A stretch of DNA of 64,000 nucleotides from Octopus bimaculoides (lineage: Eukaryota), in the NCBI RefSeq assembly GCF_001194135.2, contig NC_068991.1, positions 44,618,044-44,682,043 on the forward strand, given 5' to 3'. Under the pieces are notes generated by a model. The model was not told the DNA's origin, made no database searches, and was given only the letters and a program-made list of their open reading frames with translations. Below are positions 38,578 through 52,525 of the stretch, one piece after another. A program made the translations under genes and the position numbers. Positions within the stretch are counted from its first letter, which is position 1, and each line of letters opens with the position of its first letter.

Positions 38578-40469
38578 ATGTACATATGTATGTACATATG
38601 TACATATGTACATACGTACATACATACATACATACATACATACATACAGACACACATACATACAATAGTTAGTCATGCTAGGTGGTAAAGAGATATAAAA
38701 GCTTTTTGTAATGGTTTCCAGGTGTTCCCCAATGACCTAAAACTAACAAAATCAATCAATAGTCATTGAGAAAATTGAAAAGAAATATAAACATGAATAT
38801 CTGTTATTATATTGTACATTAGTGTCTTATATATAAAATCTGGCTGTATTCATTTCTGTCTTAATAGGCAATATAAACTCAAATGCAATGAATTTATTTT
38901 AGAGTGTATATGGTAGACAGCTGCATGTTTTAGCTGCATGTTTTAGACATCAACCATCAACAATTATTGTGATCTAATTAAGTTTTCAAAGCATTTATAT
39001 AAGGCATTTAATGTGGATGATTTCCCTGAGTTATTTCCCTCAGTTACTATGTTATTGTGTCACACCTGTGTATACCTGTCTTTGTATATGAATATATTTA
39101 TTTCTCTGTCTATATTGATTTCAAAGATATGTGAATGACTGCTTCACTGAGGAGATTTAATAACTAAAACATATCCAGAGTTGTCACTTTGTTAAAGATT
39201 AGAGTATCCTTTTATTTACCACATTATCTAATTCCAATTCTAATATTTTGGGAACCTGGTGCATCAACTCATTTCAAATGTCCTTTTTCTTTTTGATGTA
39301 GGGTTGTTGCCCTTGCTTTTGTTTAGTTTCAGCATTGTTCTACGATGTTTGTCTCTCCTTGATTGATTTAAGTTATGCTGCTCACTGCATTTGGTATATT
39401 AGCACTTCATTAGTTATTTTTGCTTCTATTTTGTATTAAGATTAGTACACATGCAAAATAATGTGGATTAACTGGATTTAGAAGATTTGATACCTTTTCA
39501 CTTAAGTGTTTATGAAAACGTCAAGTAAAGACATGAATATAATAAAATCTTTCTATTTCACATCTATAAACCTGAAGTGTTATACTTAAGTAAAACATTA
39601 TTTGCCAAGTTCTTGAATGATCATGATTATCATAATGGCAGAGTTGATTAGATTTCAGTGAATAATAAAACCTGAATAATATTCTTAAACACCTTTTACA
39701 CCTCAGCATTCAGACTGTTCTGTCAAATGTAATGCTTATTTATTCACATTCATCATCATAATTTAACACCTGTTGTCCATGCTGGCATGGGTTGGACAGT
39801 TTGACCGGGGTTGGCATGCTGGAAGGCTGCACCAGACTCCAGTCTGATATGGCATAAATTTCTATGGATGGATGCCCTTCCTAGCACCAACCACTTCAAG
39901 AGTGTAATGGGTACTTTTTACGTGCCACTAGTACAGATGCCATTTGTGTGACACCGGTATCTGCCACAACCGTGATTTTGCTCAGCTTGATGGGTCTTTT
40001 TCTCGAGCATGACATAATGCCAAAGGTTTCGGTCAGTGCCTCCATGAGGTCCAATACTCAAAAGGAACTCAGCCACTTTTTCTCTATGAGGCCCAATGCT
40101 CAAAAGGTGTTTTTTACGTTCCACTGGCACATTGTTTTGAATTAATCATGCATAATCTTGTAGCTTCAAGACTTTGATGATGTGATAGCTTATTTCTAAA
40201 ATGACATTGCAGGGTAAGTTTCAGAGGCTAGATCTAGTCATTCTGAACATAAAACAGGTAGATATGGGCTGGTTTAAACGCTAAAGGGTTAAAATATTGT
40301 GAAAAGTGTTTACAGATAGATTGTTGATTGCCAATGGTTTCAAGTTATAGCAATTACTGAGACTTCAAGAAACCTATCTGAAAATTTGATATTAACCTTC
40401 TATAAAATATTCAATGATGCTTAAAAAGAAATATTAAACTTTTTAAAGAAATTACTAAAAATTACTTAC

Positions 40470-40553
40470 TCCGCTGTGGGTAGAGGATTATCCTTCATTG
40501 TCATGAATACACAGTTGCAAACGATGGTCAAGATGACCACAAGGCTGAAAAGT
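40470..40553 (-). CDS. Nav1: Nav alpha subunit coding exon 3 (domain I S1)
   Basis: (P)LFSLVVILTIVCNCVFMTMKDNPLPTA(E); preceded by an AC acceptor with a TTCCTTAG branch site; donor gtaagt; 84 nt. Confidence 0.95.
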
Positions 40554-41735
40554 GTATGGATGCTAAGGAAGTCAATAACAAAGAATCTTACATAAAATTA
40601 AATCAAAATTAATAATAAATAACAACCAGAACAACTTCAACATTAACCCCAGTACTATTATCAGTATATTCATTCTGCCTTTCATAACCTTCTACTATAA
40701 CTGATCAACTAAGTGCCATTTATATATTGAGATTGCCTTGAATTTATCCCATCTGTCAAACAAATTAGTTTATTTCCTGCTAAAAGAAATAATGATAATC
40801 CATGCACCAATCAACAAATGTACAGACATGCAAAATTCTAATGTTTGCTCATTCCTTTCAATTTAAATTGCTATAGACTCATCATAACTTGATCACTCCA
40901 GACTTACTCAGCAACATATTACATCAGTAAGTAGTATATACTGATTACATATGGAGATTGAGAAAGTTTTGAACAATCAAGCTATGACTAGAGTTGAACA
41001 AAATTAATTCTGTACTTGTATACATTTGAAGATCCTTCGAAATTTTACAGACTTCTACAATCATTGCTTCTATTTTTACTACAATGCCAAATTATAGCAC
41101 TGACAAGAGAACTTATTTCTAGAGTGGAAAGGGAATCTCTTTGTCCTGAATAAAAAAACTCTTGAAAAAAGTTTTCAGTCATAGCTCTCTGAGCTTATCT
41201 TTACTCTGATTATGATTTAACTTTTCATATTCATTCATTTATCATTTGTCCATACAACCATATAATATTCATTTTCTCTCCAAAGCAATATCCTTTTCAT
41301 AAACATTTTATTCTGCTATAAACATTTAAATTTTCCAATTTCACAATCCTTTCAAACTTTTACTGGCTATAACACTAACAAGACAATAACTTAGTTTTAG
41401 AATAGATAGTGAATCTCTATGTCCTGAACAAAATCTCTTGAAATAAATTTTCAGTTTAATTGCTGAAATCATTAGATTTTAAGTTAACTAACTGATACAC
41501 CATTTCTTTTTCACACATGTTACTTGTTTCTGGGCAATAAGGTAATTATCTAAACAATCACTTTTCATTGAATCAAACTGTAGATAATACTATGTTTCCT
41601 GCCCAATAGCTGCACTACCTTAACTGTTCATCTTCTGTGATACATGGAACTAAATTTTAATCACCAAAATAAATCATACAAAAAAAAGATTATATACAAA
41701 AGTGCAAGAAATCAAAGTCATTTTGAAAAGGATAT
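40554..41735 (-). other. U12-type AT-AC intron (1182 nt)
   Basis: 5' splice site ATATCCTTTT (41735 downward); branch site TTCCTTAG at 40570-40563; 3' end ...catccatAC at 40554. Joining gives CAT CC|A CTT TTC = H-P-L-F in frame. Confidence 0.95.
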
Positions 41736-41854
41736 GGATGGACCAATATACAAATAGCAAGTCGTCTTAATGGGTTAAATGGACTCAACAGAAAAATGGC
41801 TTTCGTTGCGGAAAATCTGAAGATTGTTTTATCTCTTGCTATTACACAAAAGCA
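41736..41854 (-). CDS. Nav1: Nav alpha subunit coding exon 2 (N-terminus to pre-S1)
   Basis: [39 protein letters not shown](P); acceptor tatgttacag; 119 nt. Not in the ORF track; read manually. Confidence 0.96.
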
Positions 41855-42632
41855 CTGTAACATAAAGAAATAAAATGATACAAATGAATTTTTTCATCAT
41901 TAAAATGCATTCTAGTGCAACAAGTAAATACAATTTTGATACATTTTTCACGATGACAAATCCCCCCCTCCCACAAACACACACCAAGACACTGACAGGT
42001 GAAAAGTGAAAATTGGAGGAAAATGTCTCTTTTCTTTTAGTTTCTGAATAATAAATCCTTTAATAAAATCAAGTAGTGGGGATGAAATAAAATTTGATAT
42101 TCATAGAAACTTGATATATTTTTAAGCTATTATTTTACTAGATGCTTTTATATTGAAAAAGAAAAATAGAAAAGATACACTGTATCTTTAGTTGCTATAA
42201 GAGGCAACTAAAAAGGTTGCTGACAGATAGAGAAACCTGGCTGTAAAACATTGCATTAAAGAGGGAGCCATGTTGAATATGATTAGACTGACATAGAGCT
42301 TGCAAGGTAAACCCTTCTTTGACAAGGAAAATTATTTTTGTTGTTATCAGGGTTGTGTACTTTTAAAAGATTTTGAAATTTGATTTGTTTCCTTCTATGG
42401 TTTTGTCAGAAAATTTAAAAGGAAAGGTGTTTATGGCTATTACCTATGATATATTGAGTGATACATGAGTTATAATTAAATTATATGAATAATTAAGTGA
42501 TGTTTCTATTGCACTGTAGGGTACAAAACAAATATAAACAAATACATTTTTGCTATCTGAAGCTTTTTTTTTTTTACTACCACAGAGAAATAGTAATGCT
42601 TGGAGGAAATGTGCTAGTTGGTGATAGTTCTA

Positions 42633-43916
42633 TTAGGTTGTTCCGAAAATAATGGCTGATTTCAGAAACATAACTTTATTTTGGAAAAATTAACAATAGA
42701 AATGTTTTGATTAGCCAAAGTATGAGCCGTGAGCATCTATGCATCTCTGCCATCAATCAACAAGATTATTTATGCATCGTTGATAAAAACTTATTGGATT
42801 TGATGCTAAGAAATCTTTGAAAGCTGATGTCACCTCTGGTTTGGACCTGAAAGTTTTATCACTTAAAAACGTGTTTAAAGGCTTAAAAAAATGGTAGTCA
42901 GTGGGTGAAAGATAAGGAGAATATGGAGGATGTGGTAAAGTCTCATATCCCAAGTCTGTGAGTTCCTGCAGTGTCATTCTTGCAACATGTGACTTTGCAT
43001 TATCATGGAGCAGAATTGGGCTATGCTGATTCACCAATGCAGGTCTCATTTTTCACAAGTGAGCATGCATTTCAGTGAGTTGATTGCAGTAAACCTCTGC
43101 TGTAATGCTCTGATTGGCTTCCAGAAAGCTGTAATGAACAACACCAATTGCAGACCACCAGACAGTCACCATAATCTTTTACTGATGCAACTTTGGCTTT
43201 GGAAAATGTTTGGGGGACTCATCATGATCAAGCCATTGACCTGATCATTTATAGTTATCATAAAGGATCCACTTTGCATCACAAGTGGCTATTTGGTCAA
43301 GAAAAAGATCATTGGTGTTTCGCAGAAAGAGCATTGAGCACACTTCAAAATGCTGAACTTTTTGATTTTCATTGAGCTCATGCTGTACCCATTTATCAAG
43401 CTTTTTCACCTTACCAATCTTCTGCAGATTGTGTGAAACTGTTGCAATACTGACACCAAGTGCCTGAGACATTTCTTTGACACTTTGACGTGGGTTTTGT
43501 TCAACAATTGCTTTTCAATTGTTCATTGTCAAGACTGCCTGACTGTCTTCTTTCTTCTTGATCTTCAACGCACTCATCACCACAACAGAATTTCTGAAAC
43601 CACCTTCGTACTGTGTGATCACTTGTGGACCCTCTCCCTATGCTCTGTTGAAATTGGCAGCAGTTTGGGAGGCATTGTGCCCAAGCTTGAACTCATGCAA
43701 GAAAAGTAAGCAAAGGTCCTTTTTTGTCATGTTCATAATTAAGGGTGCCTATGCTTCAAGAATGTTTTCTGTCTGAAATAAGTAGAAAATTATTAAAGAG
43801 CATACATCAATTATTAGGTATGTCAAAATTCACCTAAAATATTATTAAAATACTATGATAAAATTGCATTTCAAAACACAACACTTAGAGTGGCCATTAT
43901 ATTTGGAACAACCTAA
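42633..43916 (-). mobile_element. Full-length, inactive mariner transposon (1284 bp)
   Basis: TIRs ttaggttgttcc.aa.ataatggc at both ends with TA flanks (42631-42632, 43917-43918). Transposase fragments WVQHEL..TCDAKWILYDN and HDNAKSH..HPPYSPYLSPTDYHFF are split by frameshifts. Confidence 0.92.
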
Positions 43917-46409
43917 TAGTAGGATGTGTTAAGTTTAAGCAAAGACATTTTTGAAGAATTGGCAGAAAACATATAATCATTCTCTGGAGAAGCAGTTGTA
44001 AGTCAGTTAACAATGTCAATAGTCGAAATCCTTACATTAGTCTCCAATTTATTTGTGTCAGTTTTCTAAAACTTGAATTTTCTTAAATGAATTTTCTTAG
44101 GTGTAATTAATAATTTGAAAATGTACAGTAGTGGTTTCCAAAGTAGGCAATATTTTCTCACCTTCCTTGAGGGCAGGGAGTATAGTGGAAAGATCCAAAG
44201 AGTCATGAGGAAAAAGGGACCAATATAGTCAATCTCTTATGTAATGACACAGTCATTTATTATATTTAAGTGTTATCTAATACTTCATGAATGCACATAT
44301 ATTGATATTATATTCAGAGTGGTTAAGTACCACTTTTTGAGTGATAATATCCTAACAAGCAGCGTAAAATCTTGAGTCCTGTACAGATAATAAAATCTCT
44401 CGACCTCCTACACATTAGATTATTGATATATTAATCAATAATGCTGTATATAGATATGCCTGAGACTTCAGGATCCTTTTTACTTTTGCTAAAAATACGA
44501 GACTGGGCAATCAACCCATTCCTGGATATCAAGAATGAGGAAACAGGAATGGTAGAGGAAGAATTGATTTCACTCTAAAATGACACTAAAATAAGGCCAA
44601 AATATGAAAAAGATTAAAAAAAATTACATTATAATGATTATCAGTTACAAAAATACATTTCTCTCTGCGATCTGCATTATTGAACAAAGTCAAGATGTAT
44701 TTTATTGTTTTCCTAACATCATATTTAGTGGATGTAGTAGAACAAGGCTTCAGTGCATTGTCCCAGTTTCTTTCCAAACAAAGAGACTAAAAATTACTGA
44801 ATGTGAGGACCTAAGACTTTTCTCAGTACATTCCTGATTGATGTTGAGAAGTTGATACACCTGCATTAAGCATTGCCATCCCATTAAAACTGTGAAGGCA
44901 ATGTAGTCACATGTGAAATGTAAATTTACTTGCTCATATTGGTTTCAAATTTTGGCACAAGGCCAGCAATTTTGAGGGAGGGGGTATATCAATTACACTG
45001 ACCCAGTATTCAACTGGTATTTATTTTATTGACCCCCAAAAAGATGATAGGTAAATTTGACCTCAGTGGAATTTGAACTCAGAACCTAAAGATGGATGAA
45101 ATGCTGCTAGGCATTTTGCCTGCCATGCTGATAATTCAGCCAGCTCACCACCTTAAATTTACTTGTCATACTGTTGACTAAATCAATTTATTGGATTAAG
45201 TTTTAATTTGTAAAATACATAAGTTTGTTTACAGTGATAGATTAGCTATTGTAAATCTGCAGTAGACTAAATACTGATACCAAGAAAGAAGTGTGTTTGT
45301 TGTATGTGAGTGCATAGGATGGGGTGTTAGGGATGTGGCTTGTGAGCAAAGAAGGGCAGCAACTGGAAAAAGTCTAAGAACCATTGATCAACAGTAACTA
45401 TTTCAGCTTGATCTTAATCCCAAAATATGAATGTGCAGCATTCACATTCCTGTCCCATAGATTGTTAATTCTTGTAATAACATTTATTTTATTCTTTCAG
45501 TATCTAAAATTATCATATCTTATACTTTAGGGATACTGGTCATAATTTAAGAACTCTTTCTTTTTGGAATATGTTTGATAGACTTGAATCTTTTACTCTT
45601 TCCCTTTGATCATAAAATATACTTCTAAAATTTTAAGATTTTCACCCATTTTTATATTAATTTCTAAAATAAATTTATTCCATCTCCCCTTACTGTTACA
45701 AAATAAATTTTCATTGACAGAAGAACAATTTTAAAATATATTTTTATAAAAAAAGAAAGCTTTCAAAATCCCATCATCACATTATCATATATCACATTTG
45801 TTTAGGCTTTAAAGAAATCAAACTTGTTCTTAATTCTGGAGCCATTCCTAATTAGTTGAGTTAATAAACAATTCTTAAAATAGTAATTTCATTATGATAA
45901 AATGGTTGATACAACTTAAATATTATCATATCTCCAATAAGAGATGAGCAATAATGTAAAATTTGGCATAAAGAATTAGCAAGTATAGACAAAAGTCTTA
46001 ATTAAAATATTTGACAAAAGTGTTATGGCTGTTATTGTTAGTCTGGCTATAAGAATAAGTGTACTAGTATCAAGCTACAAAGAAAAAAAAAGAAAAGAAA
46101 AAAGCAAGAGCACTGCATAAACAAACCTATTTATTGTTTATTGATTTGTATAAATTGGAAAACAGTTTTAAATGCTGGGATTTGCTCAATAACTAACAAT
46201 CATACACTAAATAAACTTCTGTGGGTTTTCTTTCCTTATATAGTTAAGCGACAAATTCTGTCTTTGGGAAAACAACTTATACAACCAAAAGATATCTACT
46301 AACATTTATAGAAATTAGAATTCGTAAATTATTTCAATCAAATTATTTTGACTTGCACATTATTCAGAATCAATTAAAAATTTATAGGAAAAAGTTATGT
46401 TTAACAAAC

Positions 46410-46691
46410 CTTCATATTATGATAGTACTCATCAAGATCTTCCAGTGGCCGACCCTGAAACTTTCCAGGCACCTCCCCAATAGAAGGGGGAAGGCCTTTA
46501 CCAGCTTCAAACTTAGGATTCGGCTTCAGTTCCATTACATTTTCTTCTTCATCAGAATCTGCGTCCTCTGCTTGAGCACGCCTCTCGGCAATCCGGCGTT
46601 CGATGTCAAACAAGGTTTCCCTTGTGAACAGCCGGAAATACCCGGAACTACGAGTATCTGCTTCAGCTTCCACATCTCTGTCCGTTTCCAT
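46410..46691 (-). CDS. Nav1: Nav alpha subunit coding exon 1 (cytoplasmic N-terminus)
   Basis: METDRD...FRLFTRETLFDIERRIAERR...KPNPKFEAGKGLP...GRPLEDLDEYYHNMK; strong Kozak aaagccATGg; donor AAG|gtttgt. The ORF-track start at 46703 is a GTG. Confidence 0.95.
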
Positions 46692-46777
46692 GGCTTTTAT
46701 CACTACTCTCCTTCTTAGCTAGCACCAACCACACTGATTCTAAAAAATGATCCAGTGTAGCATCCTTTGAGGAAATA
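46692..46777 (-). other. 5'UTR part of the start-codon exon (so an upstream non-coding exon must exist)
   Basis: Polypyrimidine acceptor gctttcttttcag ending at 46778. Confidence 0.75.
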
Positions 46778-48124
46778 CTGAAAAGAAAGCAAAAAACATA
46801 TGTGATATTTGCTTCTTTTTAAAAGAATTTTAGCATTTATCAACAATAATAATAGTTTCTAACATGGGCGAAAAAACAACATTTTGGGATAGGTATAGTT
46901 GATTACATTGAACACAGTACTTTACCAGTACTTATTTATTGGCTTTGAAAAATAAGAGACATAATTAACTCACAACATAAAAAGATAACTAAATACAGTA
47001 AAGAATTTTGCCACATAATCTACTGATTCTGCCATCCACCCAAATTCTAAAACATGAATAACAATGAGCTAACTAGGAAGCTTCAATGTAGTTACTTGGC
47101 CTGCTAGAAATCACACTTTACCATCTGAAAAAAAGGAAGGACCCTTTGAATAAGCTAGTCCTAGGTACACTACCTGAAAGGAAGAGGGATGGTTACAGTT
47201 GGAACACCTTTGATCATGCACCTGTTTGTTTAGGGCTCATCCAGAGCTAAACAATGACACCAGTAATAATAACTTTGAGCTTTTATATAACTCTTATCAT
47301 CATCATCATCATCAACATCATTTAACGTCCGTGTTCCATGCTGGCATGGCTTGGACGGTTTGACTGGGGACTGGCAAGCCAGTAGGCTGCACCAGGCTCC
47401 GATTTGATCTGGCAAGGTTTCTACAGCTGGATGCCCTTCCTAATGCCAACCACTCCAAGAGTGTAGTGGGTGCTGTTTATGTGCCACTGGCATGGGAACC
47501 AGTCAGATGGCACTGGCATCAATCACTTTTGGATGGTGCTTTTTACATGCCAACAGCACAGGAGCCAATTGGGATGGAGGGTGGTTGGCATCAACCATGT
47601 TTTTATGTGGCACTGGCATTGGGCACAACTACAATTTCCATTTTGATTTTGATCTTGATTTGATTTTGATTAATCAAAATCAACTCTGCCAGTAACAATT
47701 ATAATAATTGGTTCTACTAAAGGCACAAAGCCTGAATTTGAGACAGTTGTCAGCTGATACTTGATTGGTATTTTATTTTATCAATCTCAAAAGGATGAAA
47801 GGCAAAGAGTTGGTCTCTTTGAACTCAGAATGTAAAGAAGCAAAAGAAATACTGCAAAGTGTTTTGTCAAAATACTCTAATGAGTCTTTCTTTAAAACAT
47901 TTTAATATATTATGGTTGAAATAACTAATCACTTGAAACAGCACAATATTTGAACCAGTCAAAATATTACACATGTAGAAAATAAAGGATGTACATAGAT
48001 AACAATAAAGTTAGATACAATAATATCCTTTTATATTGTCACCAGAAATAGACCCCTCAATATCTAAGTGGCACTAGAATTCAAATAGGTTAAACCAGCA
48101 TGTATTCTTTCAAAGGTCAAGAAA

Positions 48125-48320
48125 TAAGAGGTGGCACACAAAAGAAAGCGGAATTTTGCAATATTATTTTATTCATTTAGTTTTACATGTTTACACTTTT
48201 ATCGCCTTCAAAGTATTCTCCGTTTGAAGCAATGCATCGGTCCAGGAGCGTCTTCCACTATTCGAAGCAGTACTGAAACTCTTGCAAAGTGATGCCTTTT
48301 AAAGCTTCTGTTGTTTTTTT
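48125..48320 (-). mobile_element. Mariner 3' end fragment
   Basis: gaggtggcacacaaaagaaagcggaattt TIR-like end; the reverse strand resembles a mariner C-terminus (CFE*WKTLLDRCIASNGEYFEGD). Confidence 0.6.
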
Positions 48321-48334
48321 TCCGACAAATATCA

Positions 48335-48800
48335 AGGAGTGATGTTTGTAGAGGCCACAGCCCATGGAGAACTAGCCCATAGATTTAGGAAAGCTCTAAG
48401 GGAGACCAAACTCAACATTAAGATTGTTGAAAAGCCAGGGAACTCCATCAAATCACAACTATGTAGGATGTACCTTGTTGAGAATACCATATGTACGAAT
48501 GATAACTGCATGGTATGTAGGATTAACTCTGGCATTAATTGCAGAACTAGAAATGCAGTCTACATCATAAGATGCATAGGTGCTTGTAAAGACATGAACA
48601 TGACATACATAGGAGAGACATCTAGGATCATTGTGGAAAAAACTAAATGAACATTTGAGACAATATGACGACAAAAAACAGTCCTCCATATGCCAAGGAC
48701 CAACATGGAGGCAATCTGGGTCAACTTGGCACCTGCATTTTATCCAAGCACCCAAAAGGACCTAACACTCAGAGGAAATGAAACATCCCCATAAATGAAA
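48335..48800 (+). mobile_element. Penelope-like element fragment encoding a GIY-YIG endonuclease
   Basis: CTNDNCMVC...NCRTRNAVYIIRCIGACKDMNMTYIGETSR, then EH after a frameshift; this is the Cys-rich GIY-YIG (VY...YIG) signature of PLEs. Confidence 0.75.
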
Positions 48801-50198
48801 TATCCCCAGTACTAAATAGGAAATGTATGTAGTAGGTAATCATACCCCCCATACCCTCAGTTTACATTTATATACAGGTAGAATAGTTAGTGGGCTGTTA
48901 TATAGATGTGTGTGTGTGTGTGTCTGTGTGTGTGTGTGTGCATACATATACGTATATGTATATGCACATGTATGTAGGCAAATGGATATGAATGCAAACA
49001 GATAGATATAAAGATGGATAGGTACATAGGTAATATGAACAGACAAGCACACATACACATGCAAATGAAGACTGAAACACCTGACCATATACACACACAC
49101 TTCACTTTACACAAGGATACATATGGAGACACACATCCATACATACATAGTACATAGTCACAAAAACCCATACACGGACACACTCAGACATGCACACACA
49201 AGGAGACAGAGGTACACACACACACATGCAAACACACACACACAAAACACACAAACACATGAATATGCAGAATACATGCATGTAAATGTACACACATACA
49301 TATATACATACGTACACACACACACATACACGCATACTTTCACTTACATGCATACATACATACATACATACATACATGTGTATGCACACACACACACTGA
49401 CCCACACACATGTGCACAAACAAACAAAAAGAACGCAGCTTAGATAATGGACAGAGTCAATGACTATTGAAAAGGTTGCANNNNNNNNNNNNNNNNNNNN
49501 NNNNNNNNNNNNNNNNNNNNNNNNNNNNNNNNNNNNNNNNNNNNNNNNNNNNNNNNNNNNNNNNNNNNNNNNNNNNNNNNNNNNNNNNNNNNNNNNNNNN
49601 NNNNNNNNNNNNNNNNNNNNNNNNNNNNNNNNNNNNNNNNNNNNNNNNNNNNNNNNNNNNNNNNNNNNNNNNNNNNNNNNNNNNNNNNNNNNNNNNNNNN
49701 NNNNNNNNNNNNNNNNNNNNNNNNNNNNNNNNNNNNNNNNNNNNNNNNNNNNNNNNNNNNNNNNNNNNNNNNNNNNNNNNNNNNNNNNNNNNNNNNNNNN
49801 NNNNNNNNNNNNNNNNNNNNNNNNNNNNNNNNNNNNNNNNNNNNNNNNNNNNNNNNNNNNNNNNNNNNNNNNNNNNNNNNNNNNNNNNNNNNNNNNNNNN
49901 NNNNNNNNNNNNNNNNNNNNNNNNNNNNNNNNNNNNNNNNNNNNNNNNNNNNNNNNNNNNNNNNNNNNNNNNNNNNNNNNNNNNNNNNNNNNNNNNNNNN
50001 NNNNNNNNNNNNNNNNNNNNNNNNNNNNNNNNNNNNNNNNNNNNNNNNNNNNNNNNNNNNNNNNNNNNNNNNNNNNNNNNNNNNNNNNNNNNNNNNNNNN
50101 NNNNNNNNNNNNNNNNNNNNNNNNNNNNNNNNNNNNNNNNNNNNNNNNNNNNNNNNNNNNNNNNNNNNNNNNNNNNNNNNNNNNNNNNNNNATATATG

Positions 50199-50241
<43 letters not shown>

Positions 50242-51129
50242 GTATGAATGATACAGATGGTGAGTTAACCAAGAAACTGACATACATCATGCATGTGCAA
50301 GGTGCAAGTATGAGAGATTTGCATAATGTGTGAGCAAGAGAGCAAGTGGATCTGCAAGTGTATACAAAACTGAAAAATTACACTTGTATGTACACATATG
50401 TATTATGCAAGTGAGTCTGCATAATGTGAGCATAGTGTGTGCTTTCATGCAAATGGCTCTGCAGAAAGATAAATGAGTGATGGTGATAATATTTTTGCAA
50501 GCATACATATGATTTATGACATCTGTACCAGAGAAAAAAGAGGTTGTAGAAAGTTCTGCATTATGAAAACTACTGGATGCTAGAGCTATTTGTTGCTGTC
50601 AGTGATCTGCTGCATAGCTGTTTAATTTGTTTGCCACTGTTGAATTGTGATGGCTCTTGAAAGAGATGCTGTGTTGTAGTTGATACTTCAAGCTGGTATG
50701 CAGTATTTCTGATTGAAGCAAAGTATTTACAGAGGCAAAAATGTAGACTCTGACATTACATTGAGCATTAAATAATTGGGTTCCTAACTGAAAAACAGTG
50801 AGTAGGGTTACTAGACTAGAAAGGAAAAAGGAATGTCTGACTGAAAAACTAGTGTAGCTAGAGTTAGTGTTGTAACAACAGAAAGTTAGAACACATGGAA
50901 AATTTTGTAGGTTAGGAAAACAGTTAGAAAATAAAACTGCTTAATTGAAGGTCAAGTTCACCACTGCAGAAAATACTGAATTTGTAAATATGGGCTTGCG
51001 AAAAATGCAGAAAATAATAATGGATTTGTAAATACATGTTTCTAGAACCATGCAGAAAATGTTAATGAACTCGTAAACATGTGTTCAAAAAAAGTTTTTT
51101 AAGTGTTCTATTTTGAAAGTCACAACAGA

Positions 51130-52525
51130 TTACTACATCTTGTAAAGGCAAGAGGAAAGGAGCTATGGGAAGAATAGCTTTGAGCTTCTGTGTTCTTATA
51201 GCCAAAATAGTAGACAGTTTAGCATTGTGTCAAGAAGAGATACTAACAATGGCATATTCTTAGTGGAACAACAGCAAAATTCCTTAACCAGGTGTAAGCT
51301 ACTATACCTAACAGTCATCATCCTGAAGAATGTTTCTGACAGTGTTCCACACTTTGTTATCTGGTAGTTGCTAAGAAGACTAGGTGTAAATGAATGGCTT
51401 GTGAAGTCTGTGCAAAGAAATGTCAAGGTGCAGTCAGTGAGGCAAGTGTTTCCCTCACTGACAAATTGAAGTGTGAAGGACAAATTGAAGTATGCAGTTA
51501 GGAGTCAATTAAGGCTCAGTCCTGAGACTCCTTCAGTTTATTATACTTCACCAGGTTATAATAGAGAAGTTTAGGGCTGGCTATCTGTGGGAAACTTCTG
51601 CATACTAATGACCTAGTTCTTAGAGTTGAATATGTAGTAGATTTAGAAAAGAAATTTCAGACTTAGGAAACAAAATCTTAAATTGTGAGGCATCAAAGTA
51701 AACTCAGCAAACACTAAAGTTTTGATATGCAGGAAAGAAAATTCTGCTACCATCAAGGAAATGGCTGTGCTTACTAAGCAGATAAGGAGCGAATAGAAAT
51801 TCCATATGGTGTACCAAGTGTGAACTATGGATACATACATACAATGACAGGCTAACAGTAAAGGTGAACTGTATATGTTGCACAGACAGATACACAGGGG
51901 TAGTAAGCACTAAGAGCACATGTAAAAGAGTTTCTCTTAAATGCTTGAATGGCTCCCTAGAATTGTTAGTTTTTGTTACCTAAATGATTTAATTTGCAGA
52001 AGAGATGTAAGAACAAGAGATAAAAAGTTGAGGATGTTATTACCAGTATTGGTAATAGCTCTCAGAGTGAAGGGCAGATTGTATTGTGATTGTGTATAAT
52101 CTGTAATGCAAAAAGGTATTGAAACATGGCCTTGGATGCAGGGGATTTGCAAAGATTAAAAAGAAACGAAGTGAGTATGCTCTTCTGATTATGTTAATGT
52201 GCATGTATGATGCAACACAAATGAGCTGAAACAAGTTGAGTATAAGCGGAATCAGATGTAGTGTGCAAGAGAGAAGATGGTACAGTGATGGTACAGGCAT
52301 GTAATACGTTAAGAATATGCAGCTGTATAAAAAAGAGTAGGTTACTCAAAGTAGAAGAAACCTAGGAATACATGAAATAAAGTGATGAAGACTGATCTCA
52401 GGATGCTGAGCCTTACAAAGTCGATGACAAAGGAACATGATGATTGGCAACAGAGTACTAGAAAAGATACCACCCACCCACCCATACAAGAAAGACCTAA
52501 TGAAAATTAAAATGATGGTAGTAAT
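51130..52525 (+). mobile_element. Old, heavily decayed RTE LINE fragment
   Basis: gaagactaggtgtaaatgaatggcttgtgaagtctgtgcaa (RLGVNEWLVKSVQ) is homologous to KLGIDEWLVRAVQ at 29655; further matches near 52240-52280; gatgatg tail. Confidence 0.65.

Noticed and set aside
46692-46703. N-terminal extension MIKA from the ORF track
   Set aside because: It starts at a GTG; the ATG at 46691 has an optimal Kozak context.
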